Positions 13,430-25,990 of a DNA stretch of 64,000 nt are shown here, in pieces. The notes beneath the pieces are model-generated. The model searched no databases. It had not been told where the DNA came from and saw only the letters and a list, made by a program, of their open reading frames with translations. The translations under genes were made by a program, and so were the position numbers. Source of the DNA: Octopus sinensis (lineage: Eukaryota); contig NW_021831849.1 of NCBI RefSeq assembly GCF_006345805.1, forward strand, positions 124,001-188,000, read 5' to 3'. The first letter of the stretch is position 1. The number at the start of each line of letters is the position of its first letter.

Positions 13430-13872
13430 TGAGGTCCAGCTTAATAAATAAAAGCTAGGCGGAACATAACTATAACCACTTTTGGAGAGACCGGATTTGT
13501 TCGAAATTAAGAAATCTCTATTATGGATTGAATAGAGAAGAAATCTCCAAGGTGATTTCGCTTTGTGCTTTCTGTCAGGTAATAACTCCTTTCAGTAAAT
13601 ATTTTTAGTTGAAAAAATTAATATCTACAAAGCCAAGTAGAAACGACGAAAAAAATATCAATGTCGGAACGACTGATCTTATAAGGTCTCAGCGTCAAAT
13701 TAATTTTTAGACAGGACAACGATGCCAATGTTCGGCAGTATCCACTGTACGATGGACTTGATGTTAATAAGTATATTGTTGTCGAGCAAACAAATGATCT
13801 CTATGTCATTGAAAAGAAGGACGGGGAGCGGTTACACGAAATTAATATTTCTCGATTAGCTAAAATTGATTA
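13430..13872 (+). mobile_element. Ginger/KRBA2-like DDE integrase remnant
   Basis: HHCC zinc domain AEHNYNHFWRDRICSKLRNLYYGLNREEISKVISLCAFCQ (13459-13578), then an internally deleted core (LIFRQDND) and a short C-terminal domain. Confidence 0.6.
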
Positions 13873-14105
13873 ATTTTCATAAATCTAGAATCATTTTTAT
13901 TAAAAATTAACGATAAATTTTATCTGAAAATTTTATTAAGATAACTTTTTTTTTGAACTCAATTTTTTTTAGTTCGAGTGTTAATTAAGTGAATTTATGA
14001 TTAAGATAACTTAAAATGGAATAACAATATTCAAAGGTATTTATACAAATTAGTAAAAACATTAATGAAGTTTACATTAAAAATCATATTTTTAATAATA
14101 ATTAA

Positions 14106-14804
14106 ACATTTCGGCTTTTAATAATAATCAAGCTTTTAAAGACTACAAAGAATACTGGACGAATTATATGGATGGCTATATGAAACAGACTACATGCATG
14201 TTCCGAAAAGTCAGCAGTCACCCTATTCACGAAAACCAGGAAGATGGGGACGAAAACTATTGAAGTCATGCTGAATGGAGTCCCAATACCACAAAAGAAA
14301 ACACAGAAGATATTGGGTGTAACGTTTGACACTTTCCTCTGTTTCTCACCTCATGTTGAATCGATCGTGTCAACTTGTATAAAGAAAATCAATCTTGTGA
14401 AAGCCTTTCTTTCGAACTGTGGGAGAACTTGTCCCCAGGGGTAGAGACCCTTTACAAGCAGTATATCGAGCCAACAATAGGCTATGCATGTGCTGCTTGG
14501 GGCTGTAACCTGGCGGCAACGAACCAACTAAAAATCGAGAAAATCCAAGAAAAATCCATAAACATACTGAAGGACCATACCGACATGAAAATTGTCCATC
14601 GAACACTGGAGTCTCTTGTAGAGGCAAGTGGGAGGGATCGTGGAGATGGACCACAAGCATTTCACCGTACATACAGAAAGTGTGTGGGGTCACGGTCTGA
14701 ACATCGTGAAAAGATGGCTAGACTGTTGAGAAGTGTCGGAATCACCTGAACACGTTAGTTAATGGTTAAGACGGTGATTCTGTTTTTGGCTTAAATAATA
14801 ATAA
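14106..14804 (+). mobile_element. 5'-truncated LINE (late RT and C-terminus) with (TAA)n tail
   Basis: KILGVTFDTFLCFSPH, TLYKQYIEPTIGYACAAWG; (TAA)n tail; 13-bp direct repeat taataataattaa at 14093-14105 and 14805-14817 (candidate TSD). Confidence 0.85.
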
Positions 14805-14959
14805 TAATAATAATTAATTAACTTGTAGTTATTTACTTTGTTGTGTTCGTTTGATATTAAAAAAAAATTAAACATTTTGCTGTGTAAATTTTTAATTTAA
14901 GTAAAATTAAAGAATGTAATTATTTAGCGTGTAAATTATTGGACGCAGGAAAATTGACT

Positions 14960-15770
14960 TTGGGGCTTGACGAGGCCACAGTAAAAACTGTTTGTGATCC
15001 TATACATGCTGGAAATATGTCAACAAACCTGCACTCTCTCAATGCAATCATTAGTGACCTCTAAAAATACATGGGTGTTCCAAATTGTGGGAGTCACAAA
15101 AGAACGGTTGCGCAGAATCCCAAAATGGGAAGTTCGATGCCAATAAGTCAGTTGGGGTCGTTGATGAGAGGATCACTGGTATTGAGAGTTCATTTTTGAA
15201 TTAACCGAGGAGTTCATGAAACAGACCATTAAGTGGTTCTCCCATTTGAAGACATGTGGATGTGATGGAGTGTATAATTTCTTTATCAAAAGATTTAATT
15301 CTTTACATGGATACCTGTGCCAGGAAATGAACAGAATAGTTAATAAGAAATACATTCCTGAAGATTGGTTTTATACGGGCGTCACTTACTTGATCCCCAA
15401 AAGAAGTTTGTGAAACCCCCCGCAATTTACGCCTTATAACGTGGATGCCTGCTCTGTATAAACTTTTGAAAAAATGTGTAAACTTCAAGCTCTCTGATTA
15501 TTTGGATGCTTTTGTTTTGGTGTCTAAAAATCAACTGGGAACGAGAAGGAAATATCAAAGTGTTAAGGAACAAGCCTTTATCAATCAATGCATAAATCAA
15601 GAATATGGCAATGATCTCTGTGCATCATAAGTGGATGTTAAAAAAGGCTTCAATTCGGCGGATCACGAATTCTTGTTCCATGTGCTGGACTGTGCGGGAA
15701 TTCCCTTATGAATATTCAACTTTATAAAAAGACTCGTGAAGATGTGGAATGTTTGCTTTCATTTTTAAAG
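14960..15770 (+). mobile_element. Reverse transcriptase fragment of microsporidia-type RLE retroelement
   Basis: CDGVYNFFIKRFNSLH, WFYTGVTYLIPK, F.PITWMPALYKLL, NQLGT, *VDVKKAF.SADH; stops and frameshifts. Confidence 0.8.
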
Positions 15771-15774
15771 AAAG

Positions 15775-16320
15775 AGAAATTTGACTATTCCTTAAACGAT
15801 CTTATGAGTTAATGCTCACTTCAATTAAATTTATTTTTTTTCCTCTTCTAATACACAAAGTCATGTTTATTAAATTGGACTTTCGTTTGAGTCATAATTG
15901 ACGTTTCAACTCTGATTTCTACATTTTGGGTCGATATTATTGATACAAACAAATATCCTTTCAATTTCCTGTTTCGTTTAATTCCATACATTAGACATAA
16001 GTGTCTTAACCACTTCATTATGTCTTCGGAGATAATCACTGTTTAACATCCTACTACACCGCATGGCTAGACGGTCAACAGTCTGCTTGCTTTTTTGCAA
16101 TGGACGCAGAGTGATCCAGTTTATGCAAAGAACAAATTACTATCTTGTAAAAGACAGTACAATGCTTTGCTCAGCGGATCATTGTTACCCTTCAATAGTC
16201 ATTGCGAAGAAGTAGATAGGTCAATATTTGATTCCTCCATACATTTAAACATCACCGAGTGTAGTGATTTACAGCTGATTCGGTTAAGCAAGAGTTTTCT
16301 TTGAGCGCCTTGAGAATAAA
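15775..16320 (-). mobile_element. Zinc-knuckle plus RLE fragment of the same family, opposite orientation
   Basis: SSQ*LLKGNN..LLQDSN..CVHC..TVDRLAMRCSRMLNSDYLRRHNEVV..NVEIRVET..QFNKHD..INLIEVSI. Confidence 0.8.
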
Positions 16321-16449
16321 TTTGATATTACATTTATGTTAAATACCAATTTCAAAAAAACTGATATTTTTATAATTTAATAGCATGTAAAAACTTCTGT
16401 TTAAATACTAAAATTTTAAGATGGAAATTTTAAAAAATAGAATTCTGAA

Positions 16450-19323
16450 AATTTGCATTAAAAAACCTAAAAAAACAAAATATTTTGCAATCAAAAGTCA
16501 GAGTTTCAAGATTTTACGATTGCAAAGCCTCAAATTCGGTAAAAAATTATCACTAATTAAATATTTACATAAACTTGTGCTTCGAGGAATTTAATATTGA
16601 AGAACAATATACAATTCATAATATTCCTCATAATTAATGTATCCAGAAATAAACATAAAATAAAGCTCTACAAAAATGATACTATTAAAGATTGTATTTT
16701 CGTATTTATTAGCAATTTCTTGCTCATTTTATCAAAAACTATCTGAAAAAGACCATTTTCAATATTTTTGTATGTTAATAAATGTACTATCAAAAATTTC
16801 CATCGGGATGAATTTTTCACATTTTCCTAAAATAACTTTTTCAGTTGCATAACAAATAAAACCCTTTTCATGGCTGATAATATCTAATAAATTAGGTCAT
16901 ATTCTAACAAAAAAATTTAATTTAAATAATAAACCACTACAAAACAAAGAACTAACAATTTTTCAATTAAAAAAGTTAATTTCATATTTAGAATTCACGA
17001 CAGGACGAATTTTTGAAATTTTAAAGTTCTTTAACAATTTTTTCGCACTTCCAGTCTGAATTGACTCAATTAAGAATGCAAACTCATCCTTGAACATTCC
17101 AGAATAAGAAAACTACGTTCCAGAAGTAAGAAACACCATTTGGTAGAATTATTCAATAGAAATTAATTCAACAAAGAATGGTCCTTGAGTGATTCCAACG
17201 GGCTTCTAAAATCAGGATCTTCAACAAGGCATCTACAGAATTATAAAAAGATCAAACTTTGATATAAAGTCATCTACTTCAGGTTCAAGTTTAATTTCAT
17301 TTCTGAGCTAAAAATATTAAAATATAAGAAAAACCAAATCAGGATGAAAAACTTGTTTGGCAAAAAACTCGAATGCCACTGTTCCCACTCCCCAGACATC
17401 GATCTGCCAATATTTAAAAACCAAAACCTTTTTGGAATAGTTTGGAAAATCATTTTTTGAAATTTCCGGAGCAATTTCCGGATACTCATCACGACAAATC
17501 AACTCTTGCCTTCTGATTGTCAAAAAAATAGGAATGTGAAAAAACTCGATCTTTATCTTGGTATTTTGAAGAAATACAGTCTCTGCACAGACATAGAGAT
17601 GAATTAACTCGCGAGAATGCTATGAAATACAGTAAAACATACATTACCAAAAAACCAAGACCGTAAATCAACTGTTCGATATAGTCAATAACTTCTACGT
17701 ATTTAAATTCTCGAAACGTCGCCAAAATTCTCAAAGAAATCACTTTAAATGTTATTATCATTAAAATACTGTTAGATCCACTAAAGGCGACGGAAACGAA
17801 CAAATCATTCATCGACACGCCGTAATATCCAAAAATAAATTCGTGCACAATATTCATTGTGTCAACAAGATTTATTATTGAATGTAGATCACTGGCCTCA
17901 CTAAAACGACAATGGCAAAACAAATAAACTTTAAATCAACACAAGTAATGATCTTTAGCACTGCCCTTTCGCTTTGAGATACCTGTATCCCAAACGTGCA
18001 ATTATCGGAAACTGAGGAGAAGTCGATTGGTGGAAGTAAAAAATTCTGAACTACTTCTTTTAAGATAGATACTTTATCAAAAAAAGATTTTTTAACGTGA
18101 GGATTCTGCGAATGAGTTAAACTCCAATAAAAAACACTAAAAAATGTCAATTAACTTTACAAAACCTTTCTGCTTTTGAAGAAGTTATAAAAGTCAAATC
18201 CTGATCGCCTGTCGCTGATGAAATCTTTATTTTGTTGTCAATCAGTCTGCAATTGTAAAACTAAGAAATTACGTAAATTTTGCTCTTTGGAGAAAACAAA
18301 AATTATCAGCAGTTTCAAACACTACATTCTAAGAAACATAAGCTAAAACGAGAATATACAATGCGGTTGTCTTCGTAGACTGGGGTCACTTTACAAATAG
18401 ATCTTTGCATCTCTGTCAGTGCCTGAATATGTAAATAAACAAAATATACATATATGGAGCATACATCCACAATATAATTTCGAAGAATGTTCTCTACTAT
18501 TTGAGCAAACTAAAAGTATAAATATATACATTACAGAATTGTTGAAAATAGACTGGTCTGCCATGTACAAGTCTCCTCCAAAGTGAGTCAGAATTATCAC
18601 ATTTCGTAAAAGAGATGACAATTTTCTAGAATAAATTGACGGATGCCAACCTCTCAGAAGGCCTATATTCTATTATAAAGCTCAAATGAGATTCAAGCTT
18701 ATTAAATTCACCGACAATACAAGAAAGGATGACAAGTGTTGACGCACTCCAGTACCCGTCGTTTCGACCGCTAATTGCCCGATCTTCAACCATGGCGACT
18801 GTGTTTGTTTAAAAGTAAAAAACCCAATTTCTTCTTATTTTCGGTAGAAAAGTCCTCTCCAAGAGCATACGAAAATGTCAGCACATTTATTGGATTAACA
18901 ATATCGTACTTGTCTTTACTCAGATTCTGAGCTTTCTCATACCTACATTACACTCAGAAAGTACCATTTCTTGCAAAGAAGAGCGTATTCAGTGCTTTCT
19001 GACTTTAAATATTTATTTTTGTTTCCTCGTGCAAGAAGGGTACATATTTCTGTACATCTTTTAAATTTTTTTAAAGCCTATATATAGGAAAGTAGATAGA
19101 ATTACATTCTTAAGGATTCTTATCCCAAGTTCCAGATCTTCGTCCAAGTTTCTCCTAAAAATGTCAAAAGAACTGATAAACTCAAATAGCGCAAATACAT
19201 AGACGAGTTTAACATCCAGATTTTCCTTTTCTTCTTTACTTGCGATATTTTCAACATAAAAAATAATTTTTCCGTATTCCTAGTAAAGTTAAAAATAATT
19301 TAAACAACCCCGGCCTCCATCAT
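16450..19323 (-). CDS. ASK1/MAP3K5-family protein with degenerate (pseudo)kinase domain
   Basis: Spliced product: ICTLLARG, WYEKAQN..PINVLTFSYALGEDF..YWSAS..LSSLLRNVIILTHF (ASK central TPR region); kinase elements AVLKII, NIVH, YIEQLIYGLGFLH, HLY (for HRD), KIEFFH (for KISDFG), APEI, IDVWGVG, CLVEDPDFR; NFKIRP in the C-terminal region. 3' end approximate. Confidence 0.7.
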
Positions 19324-19789
19324 ATGATTAATTTTAGTAAGTAGTATATTCGATATTAATTTTTCATGTAAGTAAACATCTTGTCGACCCAATGACATCA
19401 GACAGTTTTGAAGTGCAATGCAACACAAAAAGCGCGTGACAGAATTTGAACTAATCAATATTTAAATGGCTTTTGAAATCTTCTTGAAAATTAAATTTAT
19501 CAATTTTATTGATTTATAATAAAATATCGATGTCTGATTCACCATAAGTAAATTCTGAGGTTCTGATAACATGTGGCTTAGTACTATGCACCAAAAAGAA
19601 CCATTAGTTATACACTATCCGGAAGATTGTCCTTTCCTGGACGGTATTCCCCTTTTTACGACTTTCCACTCTTGTCAAAGCTACTTCTGATCACCCATTG
19701 AGATATTGAATCCAGTCCCGGATTTTCAAAAAACTGTTCATTTTAATTTAAAATTTTTGCTGAGTCACCGATCGAGTTCATCGGAATAA

Positions 19790-22495
19790 AGTTACCTATT
19801 TCGGTTTGAAACTTGATAATTGCCAACATATATTCCACCACCGGGATCCTGCCCAAAGGACTTTAATCTTAAGTTGTCCGACTTGGATAATATGGAGAGT
19901 CTGATATTGTTTTGCGATCTAAATGTAAAGCACTCAATTTGGTTTACAAAACAATTATCGTACATCAGATTAAACCTCTTATTGACACAATTTGAAAAAC
20001 TTGTTATGCTCAACAACCCAAATCAAAACACGAGAATTTCCTACAATGAAAAGCACCCAGTTACTCCTCCAGTTATTTCATTCTTTTCACCACGGCTATT
20101 TTTATTCACTGGTTGGTCTATTTCTTACGATTTACGAAGTGACACAACCCTATAATATTGAATCTCAACAGTATATTCTCCCCCCAAACAAATTGACAAC
20201 CTATTTTGAATACAACAACAACCCTGACTCGACGAGTTTCACAAATTACGTTGAGTATGCTCTGACCAATTTTAACATCATTAACTTCAATTCCCTTGAT
20301 TGTGTCGTGTATTACTTCTAACAATACAATTCTCGAAGAAGGAAAACTTTTTGTTCCAAGACGAATAATTAAAAAACCGAATAGGAGATTCAATGCACAA
20401 ACAACTTTGCTTATTAGAGAAAAAAAACTGAAGAAAAAAAGACGTAAAGTAAGAGATGTCAGTGGCAGAATACGTGATCAACAACAAGGAAATCGAGAGC
20501 AATATAAGAAGACTACAAGGAATAAAACGCAAACAACCTAAAACAGGTGTGACTAAGCCTATTTTCCCTTTTTAATTTATGCAAAATGTTGAGACGTTTC
20601 AAAATTCGGAAAAAACCAATGAAAATGAATGGATTTTACACAAACCAAAACTCAAAAAAAAACAATAAAGCACTATTGCTCATAAAAATCATAGTCGCAG
20701 GGATCTCAAAGACTAAACCAAGAAGACAAACGCTCGGTTTCCATATACATTCTAATAAAGTTCATGACGTGATTATACGACTAAAAATACACATTTATGG
20801 CGACCTGACAAAATCCCCAGCATAACATCATAGATCTTGATCATTATGGCGCTGATAAAAATGTACAACTATTCTATGCAATGCCAACCACATGGAAAAT
20901 GTCACATATCCGCCCAATTCTGAAGGTCGGGAAGTCTAAGGATAATCCTGTCTCATATAGACACATTTCTCTATTATGCGTCCTATCGAGAATTTTGGAG
21001 AAACTAATATTAAAAATGATTCAACCATCTCTCTCACTTGCACCGTTCCAACATGGTTTGAAGAAAGGAGTATCTACATCTTCATATCTGAAAAAAATTT
21101 TCTAATTTTATTCACGCAGGCTTTAAAATAAAGTATATCCATAAAAAACAACTTTTTGCTCAGTAGACATACAAAAGGCGTTTGATTCAGCCCCCCCCAG
21201 AAAGAACCTTTTCGCAAATTTTTTGTTTTAAATTGAACCTCAAACTAGCTAGCCTGAAATACCTTGGGGCTGAAGTTGGATCCAAGGGTTCTTACTTCAG
21301 ATACATCGACTCGAGGAGAAGGAAATGCGCTCAAATTCTCAGGAGCATAATTCACTTCCACCTTTGTCAGAAACGTTTTTATATGTTTATAAAACGTTCG
21401 TCGAACCATTGCTTACCTACGGGTTTGAGGGATGGTACCCTACTGCTGAGAGGGATGGTATTATCGCTAAGCTCGAAAAGACGAGACAATATGCCATCAA
21501 ATTGGTAAATGGACTCCAGCTGGACCAACCCATCCCTCAAGAGATGGAAGACGCGACGGAAACGGTTGGAATTGTTTTTGAGAGAGCCTTTTCCTCTCGA
21601 ATCTCGAATTAAAAAAAAGAGGGAAACAACGGAGAAGAGGCATACGTTGTCTCATTAACTTTCTCTCTCTTTTTTTCGGCTTTTCCGTTTTAATAAAAAA
21701 TTCATTCATTCAACTATGGCTAGCAAACCTTTTGAGTGAATGTCGAGGCTTTGTAAATTATGGCCGAATAAACTCTGTTTCTAAACTGTTACCAAATGCT
21801 GATGATATCATTATAGGATCACGGGACCAAAATCTACTCACAGAAATCCAAAACTTTAGGGAAATATTAACAACATATTTTTCTGGCTATGTACAAACCA
21901 GTTGAACCCAAGTCCCGAAAAATCCATGCCTACTCTATTCACGACAAACAAAAAAATATCCAACTCAGAAATCAATGTTGTTTTAAACGGAACAAGAATT
22001 CCACGGACAAAACCCAGGAAATTCTTGGTGTGACCTTAGATACACAATTCTCATTCTTTAAGCATATTGACAATTTTACAACTAAACTATCGAGAAGATT
22101 AAACTTTTTAAACGCCTTTCTTGGTTCATGCACGGGAATAAAACAACCCTGGTTCAACACTATATACAAACAAAATGTCGAGCCCTCCATTAGTTATCTA
22201 ACTTCATAAAATCTGCAGATTTCGAACTTATAGCGGAAGGTTGCAAAGTCTATCCCCAGTTTCAATGAACGGCCTATAAAGCCAACTGCTTTCAAAACGC
22301 TTGTATGGACGTCAGGTTCTGTGTTATACGTTAAAACATGCTGAAAATAGCCCTTGGATCCCCGTCCAATCAAAAGATACGTCGGATCCCTTGCTGAACA
22401 CAGAGAGAAATTGCGTGATTTGATTGGGAATGTCGGGATTACTTAACCGATTTTTTTCTAACTTTGACGGTGTTCTTGGTTTAAATAATAATTAA
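19790..22495 (+). mobile_element. Decayed LINE (APE endonuclease, RT, (TAA)n tail)
   Basis: APE: IANIYIPPPGSC..ILFCDLNVKHSIW; RT: WKMSHIRPILK..YRHISLLCVLSRILEK, VDIQKAFDS; 3' end similar to 14106-14804 with (TAA)n tail. Confidence 0.8.
21230..21712 (+). mobile_element. 3' fragment of a second LINE nested in the 19790-22495 element
   Basis: LKYLG..YVYKTFVEPLLTYGFEGWY resembles the C-terminus of the 28275-33004 LINE; ends in aataaa and a ttca-repeat tail. Confidence 0.65.
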
Positions 22496-22515
22496 TTATT
22501 TTGGTACAAATTTTA

Positions 22516-23566
22516 TGTCACCGGCCGTAGGATGGACGGCGCCGTTGAGTGGACACTAAGCAATATTTTTAATTAAAAATATTTTTACAATAATAATCTC
22601 CATTAAAAAATCAAAATTATTTAAATAATTTATTAAATATTCCTAATTTTTGTTTAAATTAAGAATCGCGTGAGAATGGTTTTGTTGTATCTATTGCAAT
22701 CCTTTGTTGAAAAATTAATTAATTATATTGAAACTGGCTTGATAGAAGATGAAACACAGAGGAAAGAACGTTTTAAAATACGTTCTCTCTCAAAAAATTT
22801 TATTTATGTCAATCTGTGCTTTTCATTTTGAAAAATGGTAAAAAACTAAGATTCTTCACTATCGAACAAAATGAATTTAAGATGAAAACAATTGAGGTAA
22901 ATATAAAATCAAATTTTGTAGGCTGAACACAATTTAAACGTTTTTCAACTTAAAATAAGAAGCAAACACACCGCGGCCGAAGGCCGCATAGGGGAATAGT
23001 TGGATTCCAAAAAAAATTCGGCCGTAGGCCAATTGGTTTAGGTAGGACTTTAAAAACTACACACCGCGGCCGAAGGCCGCATAGGGGAATAGTTGGATTC
23101 CAAAAAAAATTCGGCCGTAGGCCAATTGGTTTTGGTTGGACTTACTGCCTGAAAGCCTAAGGCTGGATAAGAAGTAATACGTGTGCAGCAATTAAGGTTT
23201 GGTTAGGGTTCCCTTTAGAAATCTGTACTGGTCATCTCTAAAATTGCTGTTAGGATACCAACGTCTATTTTATTTAATAAATTTTACAAATAAATTCGAT
23301 TTTATAACTATTAAAAAGTATTATTTTAAAATGGTAAACCTCGAAATATAATAAACATTATGATTTTTAATCAATAATCGTAGAAAAAACGGTGTGGTTG
23401 GTTTTGTTAGCTCTCTTATTTTCTCAAAAGTCACCAAATTCATCGAAAATAGGCTTCAAATGGGACTTGGAAAAAATTAAGGTATGTTTTATATGGGCAA
23501 AATTGAAATAAATGAGATTTTGAAAGTGTCCAATGAACGGCGCCGTCCATCCTACGGCCGGTGACA
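22516..23566. mobile_element. Non-autonomous TIR element with TGT...ACA termini (Ginger-like)
   Basis: 42-bp TIRs (22516-22557 and 23525-23566, 2 mismatches); 5-bp TSD TTTTA at 22511-22515 and 23567-23571; no ORF. Confidence 0.9.
22966..23143. repeat. Two-copy 93-bp tandem repeat with GC-rich mini-hairpins
   Basis: 74 identical bases at 22966-23039 and 23059-23132; hairpins gcggcc-GAA-ggccgc and ggcc-GTA-ggcc. Confidence 0.95.
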
Positions 23567-24239
23567 TTTTATTTGATCTATTCCAGGAGTGTAGATTGGG
23601 TTGTACCGCAGATAGTCATGCGGTTACTTTCCAGGATAGTCACTGAGATGATCTTGAATCCCTAAGCCTCTCCCTTCTCTTCGGAGCACGTTTCGAAATC
23701 ATTGTTCTTCAAAAATGCCTTTGCTTTCTCACCGATGACACCATTTACCACGAACAAAAGTAGTCCGAATTCCAGACTGTTCAGGAAAGAGGAGTAGTTC
23801 GATTCCTTTCGTCTTTGGGCATAGAGCAGGCATATTCGGGAGCCATCCAGATGAGGACACTAAAAATAGAATATTGGTTTATTGGAGCAATTTAGCCAAC
23901 AAGGAAAAAAAGAAAATTTAAGAAATTAGCGTTTAGGGGACATGGGTACGAGAACCATGAAGGTCTGGGACTTTTTCAGTAGGAAAAAAGGCTCCATCCA
24001 CCGACTTAGGTATTGTTTCTTTTCCCCTAGCCTCTGAGAACAATAAGCATTTCGAGGTTGTTTTAGATCTAAAAAATGCTCTTTTTTCATCGACATGATA
24101 ATATAGTAAAAAGAATCTATTAATACATTTTACTAAAATTACGGCTAATCACTCATTTCTAAGAAAAAAAGAAGCTATCGAAAAATAATCATTCATATCT
24201 TAGTGCAAAATTTGGTTCCGCATCAAACAAACTGCAACT

Positions 24240-25090
24240 TCGCCTGCCAGGGCTGACAACCACACCCATTAATGATGTTCTTTTCCTCGGCGGGCACGCC
24301 CAACTCATTAAGTCGCTATCTGAGAAATCAAAATGGGTCAACGATTTTACAAATAAACCTATGCTGCTTGATACTCACTACAGATTTTTCATGCTCAGAA
24401 TAAACCTTATGTTTTCAATGCTGCAAACGTCAAACTGCTCAATACAATCTGACATGCTTCAATCGCTCGATACTTCTCAGAAGTTGGCCGCTGAAAAAAT
24501 TATAAACATAGGCTTTGATGACGCTGGATGGACTTGTTGCAAATTACCTCTACGCCTTGGTGAAGTTGGACCAATTCGCCACTGGACATGGCCCTCGCCG
24601 CCTTTCTCTCCTCATTCGCCAGCTCTCATGTCCTTATCACTCAAATCCTACGTTACTCTTGCTTGTAAACTCTGGAAGGCATCCGGATTGGTCATTCCAT
24701 CCAAAATCTTACGCCAATATGAATTGGGTGTCATCTCCAGCGAAGCTAAAATTGACGCAATCAGATCTACATTGGATCAAAACCGCCTCCTCTGTTTAGA
24801 CCTGAAAGTGGTGCGTGGCTTAATGCCCTTCTTTGTTCCCACTCTGGAACTTTTCTCTATATTGACAGTGAGGATTGACTCAATTTCTGACGGGGGGCCA
24901 ATGCCGATGTGGTAGAAAAGTCGATACTGAAAGATTAAATCCCCTTTCATGCAGAAAGAGTGCTGGCCGTGCACCCACTTCGCCATTAACGAGATCATTT
25001 CGGCTGCGTTACAAGCCGCTGGATTCCCTACCGAACTGAAACCTGTGGGGCTTGAGCGTGGAGACGGGAAACGCCCCGATGGAGTCAGCA
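24240..25090 (+). mobile_element. CRE-clade non-LTR retrotransposon fragment
   Basis: CKLPLRLG.VG..., HFAINEIISAALQAAGFPTELKPVGLERGDGKRPDGVS. Confidence 0.75.
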
Positions 25091-25990
25091 TTTTTTTGCT
25101 AGTGCCTCCCATATTCCAAATAATTTTGTTTCCAAATCTTTCAATTTTTTGGTGGGTTTTGCAATAATTTATTCTTCATCTTTCCCCAAAAATGCTCTAT
25201 TGGATTCAATGGTATATTTTCTATCTTTTATATATTCACTTACTGCTCGCGAAGTATGGCAAGAGACATTATCTTACTAAAAAATAAAAGAGTTTGGTTT
25301 TATTTTCGACGCTGATTGTTCCAGATTATTTGAGAAAATGTTTATATATTTTGCACTGTTCATTTTTCCATTAATGATGACAAGATTGCCCACATCTTTA
25401 TATAAGAAACATCCCCAGACCATTAACTTTCCTTTACCATACTTAGCAGTAGCCACGATATTGGACTTTTTATATCCAGGCCGTTTTCACGGTAAACAAT
25501 CTTTCGTAGTTTACTATTATAAACTTCAAAACATGATTCATGCGACAAGATGACTTTCTTCCAATCCTCGTCAGATATGGATAAAAACTTTTTCGAAATT
25601 AACCATTTGGAATTCATGTTTTTTCAAGTCAAAAGAGGTTTTTGTTTTGCTACTCTGGCATATAGCACAAATGAATTTAGTATCCGACCAATTGTTTTGA
25701 GAGAGACGTCAACATTGAAATTGGTGTTGGCAATTGATGGTTCATCCCTCGAGATTAATTGTAATGTGTTTTTTTGATCTGAAGACAACTTCGGGGGACG
25801 TCCAGATCCAGTTTTTTGTGGAATTGTTGAACCGTCTTTGAAAACTTTCTCGTCACAAATTTCAAAGTCGATCTTGGAATTTCCAGAATTTTAGATATCT
25901 CTTCAATTGTTTTCTTCGGGAAAATAATGTCCAATTATCATCCCCTTTGTAAAATCAAATCAACAACAACAAAAATCCAATTAGGAGACA
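25090..25990 (-). mobile_element. Tc1/mariner transposase remnant
   Basis: HTH (LEIPRST..TGSGRPPKL), DWKKVILSHESCF, VMVWGCF, DNVSCHTSR; broken frames, TIRs not found. Confidence 0.8.

Noticed and set aside
22966-23143. CRISPR array or hammerhead/HDV ribozyme
   Set aside because: Only two units, no unique spacers, no cas genes, eukaryotic context; no CUGANGA/GAAA core.
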